DNA of 64,000 bases. Origin: Balanoglossus misakiensis. Its lineage: Eukaryota > Animalia > Hemichordata. Shown here piece by piece: positions 51,501 through 63,500 of the stretch. Each line of letters starts with the position of its first letter. The stretch's first letter is position 1. The stretch is from assembly GCA_040954595.2 (NCBI GenBank), contig CM082585.2, positions 11,869,863 through 11,933,862 on the forward strand, read 5' to 3'. The notes under the pieces were generated by a model. The model worked only from the letters and a program-made list of their open reading frames with translations. It searched no databases and was not told the origin of the DNA. The translations under genes were made by a program, and so were the position numbers.

Positions 51501-54500
51501 ATGATACTGTGTATAGCTTCTTCATCTATGGTTTCTTTGACCTCTTTGGCCAGCATCGACCAATCAGGGCCGTTCTCTTCAATCATGGACATGATCAGAT
51601 TGGCTATTGTAAGTTTTAATTCGTCAATCTGCAAGGCAAGAAATGAACAGAATTTATCAGCTACGATAACAAAAACCATGGTGGTGAAAGGGAATCAAGA
51701 CAGAAAACAATAATAGCCTACCATTGACTTGTCGATCATTCTCGATTCCAAGTTGCTGTCTCTCAGAATGTAGTTTGTGTACTCGATGATCTTGTTGTCG
51801 AAGATCACCATGGAGTTTGCATAGTTACCCTGGAAACAAACACACAAAGTTTTTATGACACCAAGGGCAGAATATCATATGTTTTTGCTCTCAGTTCACA
51901 AGAGAAATATTGTACTGGTACATAGAGTAAATGCCATTTATAGAGCATGAAAAGACTCACTGATGCAAATTCATTAAGAGTGCTGAAGAGCTCTTCCACC
52001 AAACCGATGCTTGCATCATCAATATTTGCGTAGATTAGATCCAGAAACTTGGCTGTCTCGGCCACTAAGTTTACACTCTTGATGTTATCAGGCTGTTCAC
52101 GCAAGTAGTCCTACAAGAAAAAGAAAAACGTCAGTTTTATTATTACATTCCAATACTGAGTTATTCATCATGTGCTTTTCCAGGGCAGAAATCCAGCACA
52201 AGTTGTCCAATGGCTTCACAGCAAATTGTCAGCTGATCACACTCAACCAATGGGAGAGCACAATCCAATGCCATTACTTCGGTTTGCACTGAAAATGATT
52301 ACCTGTAATTCTCCGTGTTGGCCATCACACATCTGTCCAAGAATCCTAAGAACTAATTCAATGTAACCATCATCTTTGAACTCCAAATCTTCTGCTTCAG
52401 CTTCTTCGATCAGTCTCTGAACGTCTGGAGGCAGATCCTGGAGAAGTGAAACGATTTGGTCGGCACGATTAATTTCACTTTCGAGGTGACTGTTGCGTGA
52501 ATGGGCATTTGTTTTTTTTAAAATTTGATTCGATTTGAGAAGTTCTGAAATCTCATTGCACCAACTTTATACATAACAAATTCATGTGGATAATTTTCAC
52601 CAGTTGCTTGTATTGGCTGAAGGACATAGTTTCTAGTCAAAGTCTAACATTCTGCGAGTGATTCTAACACAAAACTTACATCAACATCTATGTTAGTCAG
52701 ATCCTGGATGGAACCATCACCTTCACCTTCAATTGAAATCAGAGGCGCTTTGTCACTCGAAAACTGCACTTCCATCTCCATACCAGTGTCTGCCTTCCAA
52801 GCTTCCTTCAGTTTTCCATTTTTGGAACCGCTCGGACCCGCAACAGTCACGTCACTCACTTTATTCTTTGGTCTCAAACTGCGACGACTTCCCTGCAGCA
52901 TTTGTTGTCTCTTCATGGTTCTTTGACTCTGAAAATGTTTGCAACAGATTCTCGTTTAGGAATCAAGTCCTTTGTACATGTATCTGACATTTTCACATTG
53001 ATTATTTTACAATTAGATGCAAGAAAAAACATTCAAAGCCTACACCTGTACATATAGAGGATCCTAAATAAATCGCAGGACTATAACACAAATTCTAGCT
53101 GGTTCCAAAACCAACATACAATTAATCTAAATTTAGATATCATGAGACACCAAAATAATGCATTTACTAAAACATAATTCCATTCTGACATCTGATATTC
53201 TTTACAATAATGACCATTTAAACATGCCATAAAATAGTGACAAAAACAACATCCATTAAGTAAAAACCAGGATCTGTGACAGACATGAACACTGAAAAGA
53301 AATTTTGACAGTCATTGATTACCTGGATACGTTTCTGTGAAAATAATGGATAGAAGAGAAAAATCAATATTGATCAAATACCAAATAATCATTTAATGTT
53401 CAAATTTCTGTATCCTTCGAACTTAGACGAAAACTTCTGAACGACAACATAGCTAGGTCATCACCAGGGGTCAAAGTGGATCTATAACTTACCCCAAGTA
53501 ACCCTCTGCTTCCTTTCTTACTTCCAAATCTACTTCCCAAACGACCAGATTTCTTCATAGTGGAACCGGCCAGGATTGCCTGAAACAAAAAATTGAGACA
53601 AAAAGATGAAAAAATCTAGCAACTTCAGGGAATAAAAGCATGAGAGAATAATCCAAAAATTAAAAGAAAATATTTGGTGAGAGAAGTTCAGGGAGATGAT
53701 TTTACCTGTGCTACTAAGTGTCCATGTCTCATGGCTTTATTCAGACTCTTTTGCTGTTGCAATGCTTCATCTAATTTCGCTCTTTGTTGAGCTTGCAAAG
53801 CTCGTCTGTAATACAAAAGAAGAGCAAAGATACATTTCATGCAGTTGTCTAAAATTATATGGACAAACAAATCATGATATTTTCAACCAAAATGACACAC
53901 TGTTCGATATCCTATGATTTTCCTGGAGTACAGCTCTTGTAGTCTCCTTAAAAGGAAACAATTTTGAATCAGTGATAACTTTTTGAATTAGAACTAGTGC
54001 TACACTGGGAAAATATAGAGACAATACTTACTTCTCTTTAGTTGCCACAGATGACAAATGCATTCTGCTTTTGATAGCCATGAAGAAGTGTTCTTCTCGT
54101 GTACTCAAGAAATACGAAATAAGACTTGACTGAAATAATAAGTGAATCCATGAAATTATGGTACTTGCATTCAATAAAACAGTCAGCTCTTATGAACATT
54201 GGTCTGATTTGGTTTACGACAGTTTCTCAGCCCTCTTGTCATCACAACATCAGCGCAGAAGGAAAACAGAATTGATCTGACATCAAATCACCAATTCAAT
54301 CAGGCAATGATTTGGAACTATCCGTACCATTGTTTTTTTTTCCATCATTTGTGCCTCATTCAAGTCTCCATGACCTCAAGAAAGATGTTCTGATATGGTA
54401 CTCATTAGTTTTAAACTCACCTGTACATCATGATTCCCACCAAACAGCATGGCTGATAAGAACGCCAATACTTCTCTGGCCAAAATGTCACTGGTTCGTG

Positions 54501-57500
54501 CCAGTAATGGTAAAACTTTTAACATAGCACCATGTTCATTCAGCTCACCCTGGACATCACAGATCTTATTGAGTTGACTGAAATCAAAGTTATGATAGGA
54601 TCAACCAATCAATGCGTCTCTGAAGTGATGCAATCAATTAATCAGTCAATCATTCAGTCAGTCGGTCTAATGTACCACAGTGTCACTGTGAAACCCACAT
54701 AAAGAAGAAACAAAGTGAAACTTACTCTTCATGTTTCTTTGTATCATTCAGCCAATCTTCTGGCAACTTTCTTTCTTCATTGTGGATCAACGCTCTCAAC
54801 AACTGAAAAGCAAACAATGTTAAATGATCACAAGGTTAACAGACAAATGTAGGGCACTTCTGCTAGCAATAAGCCAACAGCCAACAGGCAAAATTCGTCA
54901 GCATTTCGTGCACTTCATATTCACTGCAGTATTATAATAACTTCTAGCCGTTGTTGAATACATACCTGTAGACATTTGACATCAAGACTTTCTTGAGCCA
55001 ATCTTTCTCTTTCCGTTGCACGTGGATTGTTTCCAGAAATCCTGAAGAGGCAAAAGATAAATTTACGGTCACTGGTATGTTCTACATAACATTACATTTA
55101 TGTTAAACATACTAGTACATTTACAACTTAATTTGTACTGGTAGATCAGATTAGATTTTGCCAAACAGAACATAGATACTTACAGAAGTTCTTCGACCAA
55201 TTTGCCAGCAGCTCTGTACTGGTACAGATCAAGCTGTTCTTTTCTCTTTCTGAAGTGAAAATCAAAGTCTGACTTTGGCTTGGATATGAAACACCGGACG
55301 TGTTCTTGAAATTCTTCTCCAAGAGGAAGTTCTTCATCCCCGCCGATCTCAGTATATTCTAAGAATGAAAATGAAACCAAAAAATAAACAACAATTGGCA
55401 GAAAACTGTGCTTCTGTTATGACCAACGTGAATTACTCAAGTTCAGAACAAGAATTCAGTTTTGATTCTAGACTTTTGAGACAGACACTAGCCATGGACT
55501 CACCTCTCTTGTTGTCATGATCCAATTTGAGCTGTGTTGCTACTCTGTTCTCCCCACCGTAGGAAAATTTGTAGTTGTTGGCAAATAAGTTCAACAAATC
55601 ATTCAGCTCCTCTTCTGCTTTGTAATAATCCTCATATGCCTGTCCATGTAGTAAAGAGATTATGTTATAATACGTGACTCAGAGAAAAGCCTGGAAGGTC
55701 AATTGTTTTTAAGATAAATTAAAGACATTATAACTTTAATGTTTTTGTCCTCCACAAGGTGAAAACGTCGATAAAAATGCGCGATCTTGGTTAAAAAAAC
55801 GTACCTTTTGTGCGTCACTTCTGACATCCTGTGATCTTCCACCATGAGTGTATTTCTCCCTGAAGTTTTCCATCACCTTTTTTGCATAAATAAATGAAAA
55901 TCATTTAATATCAACCAATGATACCATGAGTGTGAACACATGTGACTTTTATGTCAATTGAAATATGAATAAATTATGACCAATAGGCCGTACTTTCAAC
56001 TGAGAAACTATTTAAAATATGGAATGAACAAAGTATGAAATTAGCAGAAGAGATATAAGATGACTAAAGTACAAATCATTCTCTTCATTAGATTTGATAG
56101 ATGGGAAAGAAGTTCACATCACACAAAAGGAAATAAAGTTCAGGAAAAAGGGAAGAGTAGACACAACACAGCGCTGAAAAATTCTCATCCTTGAAGGGTG
56201 CAGGCATTACCTCTTTCTATACAAGACAACAGTTCCATATTGTGAGGTGCATTTAAAAAAATGTGGTATAAATGGAAGCAGAATTATTCAGACATTAGTT
56301 ATTCATTGGGGAACACATGCATGTTTGTCAAATTATCTTATTTATGTGTGCGCACAACTTTGAGGGTGGCTGGGTTTAATGTGATATGTTTTGGCATTCA
56401 ACAGGAATGTATGCAATTTTAACAAAAATTAGGGACAAAAAGTTACAACCAGGAAAAACAACTCATTCCAGGAGAATGAATCTTGAATTCTGTTTCTTAA
56501 TATGAGCAATATTCTCCTCCAGATGAGTGGCACATGTCTTGCATGAAAATGGACAATAGTCTGAGTCTGCTCAGAGAGTGAAATAATTGACTCTAATATA
56601 TACACTTACATTGACAGGCAATGATGATGCCGTAAGTAAGGCTGTAGTGGCTGCTATCATAGTTTTCATCTGGGTCATGTTGGACAGCAGATCGCCACCG
56701 ACTTTAACAAATTCCTACAGAGAGAAAACCACAAAAAGGTCAAATCAAGTGACTGAAAAAACACACCATTTTGTCAAGCATGAACCTTCATCACATACAA
56801 ATATGTTTTCTGTATAAACTATAAAGATGTAGAAAATAAAGACCCTCCTGAATTATTTTTCTTTTCTTACCATCATACAATTTGCTAAACTGTCCACTTT
56901 GTCTGGTTCACTTGGGTAATTTTCTTTGTCGATCCGATAAAATTGTACAAAGAATACCTGGAAACAAAACAAGAAAAACATACATGTTGACTCAGCATAT
57001 TCCTTTAATCCACAAAATTCACACTATCCATGTTTTTGTTCCCCAACACACAAAACTGAAATGACAATACTTCAACTCTACTAATCACAATGTCGAGTCC
57101 CAATACCTGCATCATGGGGAATAGACTGTCAAAAACAAAGTGTAGGGATCCATGATATTTTCCATCTTCTGTCTTATCCAGCTTTTCCGGTGGTTTCTTC
57201 AGCTGCTGTTTGACTTTTTCCGGATTCTTCTTCATATATTCAACCAATCTTTCCAGGTTTGTGCATTGGTCTTCTAGAATTTCCCAGAAACGACTGGTGG
57301 ACAAGATTGAAAACAGAAAAACTGTCAAACCTGTAGGCACTAGTAGATTTCTGGATTTCAAATTCCGTAGTTGGTTGAGAGTGTTTCCAGTACATTTTTG
57401 CCAGCACTTACTCATCATGGGATAATTCCTCAGCTCCGCTATCCAGCATTCCACTGGCCGTGTTCATGTAGACCCACAGTAAAAATCTGGCAAATGGTTT

Positions 57501-60500
57501 CTTGATTTTGTCGCTGATGTTTCTGTTGGTCAGTACGGCCAGCAACTCCTTGATGGAGAAGATGGTCTGACAGATGGACTCGATGAATCGGTTTTCGCCC
57601 TACGGATGGAGTGAGACGGAACACGGTGGTAAAAAAAGTTAGAAATCCCAAAACCAGAAATAATAATGTCTACATATCATCTTGTACCTTCCGTGTCAAT
57701 TCTTGTATTGGCTTACCTCAGCACATGTAGCAAGGAGATCCACTAATGCTATCATATACGTCAAATCTTTGTTCCCTTCTTCAGACATCAGTACTCTCTC
57801 CCTGAAAACCAAAATATTCTTGTAATTTTTGAACAATTACTTGAAAGGCATAAGGATCGTTTTGACAGGGGAAACTTTCAAACTGAATAGATGAACTACA
57901 TGTACATAAAAACTAAAGCACACAAATAAACTGGCAAATAAATTATTCTCAGCTGTCTCTGAAATCAAATTGTATTTTACAGGAGACGAACACAGACCTC
58001 ACATAGAAAAGATTCATACCTGGCCTCTGGAGGCTGATCCAAGATATAGGCCACTTCTGATCTGTACTGCATGAAGAATTTCATCACATAGGATTGGTTT
58101 CGCTTCACTGGTAAGTTCAATTCTTCAACCTGCACAATATTAAATCATTTTTTTAGTATAGGTGTTATTTAAACTCAATATAAATCAACATTTCAATGTA
58201 AATTTGGTTGTTTTTAATCACGTCAAACGTGAAAGTACAGAACAAGATATCCCATACAGGTGAGGTAGGAAAGTTAGGATGATGAAGTTATCATCATGGG
58301 CCAATATTAATTGCTCCCTCCAGCATATACATAATATTGGCAGCAGAAATGCTATGTTTTGAAACTAGACATGAAAACTGTTGCCATTCAGAACTATGTG
58401 GCATATGATTGGTTGAGAGATTGAGCTGACTCGTTACCTTGACGATTGCGTTGAGTAACTGTAGAAACTCAGGAACTTCATTGAGATGTTGAGCTACAAG
58501 TTGCATGATCTTCTGCACGTGGGGCATTCGGATCTTTAGACATGTGGTTTTGTTTCCAGTGAACACCTGCACATAATAATGAGTTTACAAATCAAACCTC
58601 ACAGACATATCAGCAGTGGAACTTGTGCACCAAGTCATCATAAATTTATATGCAGAGTAGCTCCTATGTGAATACAACTTCACTAAATTGAATCTCCCTT
58701 GCTTGTTGGCTTATCTTCTAGAGTAATACAGATTACAGAAGCATTTGTAGGGATTTAATTTTTTGTCCAGTAACAATGCAAATTGTGCATAACAGAAGGT
58801 GTGATTCATTTCAAAGAGAGTGCGAGAATTTTAAGATAACATGATGATTTCCTGAGAGAAAATTCACCACTGAAAATTGAGTTGTAGTTTTATCTCTTAC
58901 CTCAGTAAGGGCACCAGCCATCTCAGCTTCTGCACCTTTGATATTGAGTAACACATCCAGTCGATCGTACAATCTCAACTGAACTACATCGTTACCCCTG
59001 AAGCAGAACAGGAAGAAAATTATTAAATGGACTGTTGATTTTCTCGCAATTTATCCTTGAATATCAAAAAAACTACATTGCTCCTGTTTCGGTTGATAAT
59101 AATATACATTGAAAGCCTGGTTACCTTGCCATGACTCGAAGAAAGACAAAACATTTCTTGAAGATTTCTTGAAGACCTGCATATTGCTCCTGAAAAGAGT
59201 ATAATGGAATTTTGGAGATGTGAACATTGATAAGATGTAGAAGCCACAAAACAGGGACATGTAGAAGAACAATGAACAAGCTAATTTATCACTACCATTT
59301 TTTTCCTTAAACATCAAACATTAAATTTACTGTTTCTGGTTTATTTTTTGGTAGTTGTGAAAGTAACATGCAAATATGATATGTACATGTACAATACATC
59401 AACAATCAGATAGCTTCAAGTGAAATCCAATTTGCAAAGTGCAAACTCTATAATGTTTGCAATTCTGTCCAATCTTTTAATCCCTTGAACCAAGTACTGG
59501 CCCAAAAGAAAACTTCAAAATGGTGCCATGTACTTCACCAGGGGTCAGGGTGTGAAGGACTAAGTTCCACACTTGTTGGTTTGTGATTGGAAAACCACAC
59601 CAAACAACAACTGTCACAGCAAGGTGTGAATTATCCTATGTACACAAATTACTGACTTCACTGAAACAAGGTATATTACAATGTCATATTAACTTTAAAA
59701 CTTAAAACCTACACATATAGACATGTGGACAAACAGATACATGTATTTGGAAAAATACAAATTTACAATTTTAAGAATACAAAAGAAATCAGAGTACCAG
59801 GGTTACCAGGGCAACCATTACCGGTACATAAAAGACAGACAGAGTATTTAACAAACAAAATTAAACTTAGAAGACCACACACAACAGAAGAATATCTCCC
59901 TGTCAGAAACAAACACATTTTGCGGGCGTTTCTGGGACCGCTTTATTTTCTGACCCATTTTTCGATGTGTTTTTTTCTCGATAAAAATTACCAAAAGCTA
60001 TGGATGTTAACCCCAATATATAGGGTGTTCGGCAACTATATCGAAAATGTACGTTCTTTTGTGCAGACATCGGTCATTGAAATTGGGCAAGTGTTTTGCA
60101 GTTCAGGTGAATGTAAAGGTGGATGTGGCTATAGCATAAGTAATACTAAGTGGAAATAGTGGGCACATAATCCTGCTGTAGGGAGCGAACAAGAATACAA
60201 AACAAAAACGCTGAAAAAATAGTCAAAAGTCACAGAGAGTGAAGCAGTCAGAGAGTTTACAGAGAGATAAGATATCATTATAATGACTAAGCTACAGTGT
60301 TTCATCCAAGATGGAGCCGGAATTGGATCCCGCAATTTCAAGGAAGGACTAAAATTATTCATGGGATAATTCCCAATGATATCCACATGGAAGGCTGAGA
60401 ACCAGATTAATCTTTTTTCAGCGCCGGAATGGCTTAAATGACAAACTGTACAAATCTCGCAGCTTAGATGAAACACTGCAGATTTTACCATTACTCTACA

Positions 60501-63500
60501 GTTACTGCCTATGTGTTGCTGTTGAGGTGTATTTTGGACACGTAATTTCCATGGAAACTTGCAAATGACAAAATTTGTGTTTAACTTTTATCAAATTTGA
60601 TGAAAATACACAATGTACAAATACACCTCAACATTGTTGGTCAAGGAAGACATTGCTTGTAAGAGGATTTTGCAACTTACACTGACTTCAGATTTCCCAG
60701 ACGCAGACTGGACACACAAAACAACAGAGATGACGGTTTTGGCGCATAGAATAAGTAAAGAAGCAAACGTGTGCAGAATGATGTGATCGTATTAATTTGC
60801 AATCAGGAACAGACAAGTCGCACATGAGTTAGTATAAGTGCTGCTCAGACCTGTTACTAGCAGTGGCTGGAAAATTCATACATAAATATTCAACTAATCT
60901 ATTTATTGTACATATTATAGATTTTAATATAAAAACAAAATGATTTCCTATTGCTTTGTTGGAGGCGTCCTTCATGCAAGTTCATTTAAATCTACCGTAC
61001 ACAGCATATTCACTGAAAAAATACACCAGCGCTATAAATGAGTTTTGAAATTTACCATAGCAACAAGATATTTACAAATCTACAAAAATCCAGCCATTGC
61101 ACAGCAAGGTCAAGGGTAAAGGTTTGCGTTAGTGTGGTATACTGAGAAATTCAAAGCTCATGATGCTAGCTTCACTCAGTTATACAAAATATTATAAGCA
61201 TAGCCAGTCACTGTACTGGCTACACACACAGACACACACCCAGACATTACATGCATACTGGTATACGTACGGTACATGTACAGAGTTACATACATACTAC
61301 ACAGAACATAGCATACATACCATCACCCTTAATCTAGAGTAAACTCCACTGGTTAACTTGTCAAATCAAAGAAAATATGATTTGTTTTAATGAAATGTTT
61401 AATGGCGGAAAAATGGTAGTAGAGACATGCATAGTGTGCTTGAAATTTCAAAAGTTTGAAAAGGGTATTGCGGGAGGAAGTGGGTTCAATGAATGATTGG
61501 GAAATGGGAGAGAGATTTGGGGTAAAGGGGTATATTGAGAAGGCATTAAGACCTCACAGAATTCATAACCTTTGTGGAACCTTGTTAAATTAGGAAAACT
61601 GGCTTCCTGATTGGAATGTGGGCAAACTGACTATAATGTCAGATCTCCTAGAAGTGCTTTTTTGATGGCTTGGTTGATACTACACTATTTCTTGCTAGCA
61701 GATTTTGTTGTAAATTTCTTAGTATGCAGCAAATAAAACCCACACTTTTAGGTTGCAAACTCCAATTCTGTGAGGCATTCAAACAGGTGCAGTTTGTATC
61801 AAACCATTTTACCTGAATATTCTTTAAATAATTGGTACCTTTCAACTGATTCTGTTCATGCATAAAACCAAGAAACATGAATCGTAATACATGAAATCAT
61901 TTCCTGAATGTCAAATAGCTGATATTGTGCCTTCAAAATCAAACCACACTGTAGTTGTTTCCTATGTTAAAATAGGACCTTAACACCGGGAAACTGGGGT
62001 CAAAGCTGAATAAATTAGTTGAGTAACATGTTTATGGGACTATAAAGATGTTGATGATATGGTGTGATGACAGCCAACAAAAATGGCCTTCTAGATTTTC
62101 CATTACAGTATATGTGGACATTCAAATCTTTGGATTGAATTTTTGAACAGACAACCCCAAAAAATCAGACAAATAAGAAGATGGCAAAAATGGTGTTGGG
62201 AATTCTCCCACTACAAACCGAATACTCACCATTAGACGGACATCAATTTCCTGAGAAAGTATATCAAAAATATCGGCCAAGATGCCAAAGTTGTAGAGGA
62301 TGGTTTGATTCATTGGGTGACGTTCTTCTGGTTCATTCTCTAATGAACAGAACCTGTATGAAAGTATGAAAAAGAAAGATTTTTGTGTCATTATCATACA
62401 GAATATATCCTTTATTACAGTTGCTATTTCAGCCAGTCACACGTCAGTCAGGATGGGTCACATGTAGAAGAAGCATCCATCTTCCAAGTCTCTTACACAC
62501 ACGACTGAATTATCCACAAGATTATCAACTTTACCCAATCATCATGTCCAGTATCTCTCCCATGACCAGACACTGTTCGCTGCTCATCTTGGTTTCGGCC
62601 AATCTCCTCATGATCGGAAGCTTTTCCTCCAACTTTTTCAAAACTTGGACGGATTTGTCAGTGAGAAGTACCTTTTGAGAGAAATCATACATGTTCAGAT
62701 CAAAACAATGGATTTGGACCAAACCAGGGTGGTCAAATGGTTTAATGCTTCTTTCATCATCAGATTGGTTGACCAGATTCTTTTCTTTCCAATACTGCGG
62801 GTGATGGAGTGAAATCGAATCTTCTTACCTGTGCCTGTACTGCTCGGCTGAAGAGATTTGAAAAGGCTGAATAGCGTCGATTGAGAAGATGCATGGATTG
62901 CTGTATCATCTTGTCATAATTGTAATTTGACAGATCCTGTCAGACAAATGGAAATTATGACTTCATATTTAATTTTGGAGAAAGAATCTGGCCTTAATCT
63001 CATTACAGAATCTCTTCTGTACAACACATCGTCATATTGTGTGTTTCCCATGTTATTGTAAGTGTACAGCAAGGTTTGATAAATCCTTTCAAGGGTACAG
63101 AAACAGATGAGCAATTACCATCAGAATCTCGGTGAGTTCCCCTCCTCTGAAGTAAGCCGTGTCTTTGAACATTTCATCCAAACTATGAATTGCTTTCCTC
63201 GCATGGCTGCAAAGAAAATAAGTTTCAAATTAAAACATCGTGTAATTGATGATTTTCAACTCATTGCTAGATCTCACTAGATTTGGTCAATGAACACTCT
63301 CTGCAATTGTTTTCTTAGACCACGGTTCTTAAAATGTACAGCTATGTTTCAAAATACTTTTGTGGCAATTTAACTGTAGATCACAGAATGTGGACAGCTT
63401 AGATTTACCTTTTGTTTTTGTCATAAGGATCAAAGTCTTCTCTTAGCAAAGTTTCCAACTCTGAACCAGTGAACATCTAAAAATAAAAATAAATTCAAAA

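Noticed and set aside
59725-60159. 144-aa plus-strand ORF in the ITPR-like intron
   Set aside because: Runs through an interspersed repeat and A-rich intron sequence with no transposase or other motif.
61550-61650. Possible extra cassette exon in the large ITPR-like intron
   Set aside because: The strong donor gives a frameshift and the frame-preserving donor is weak; not supportable without RNA data.
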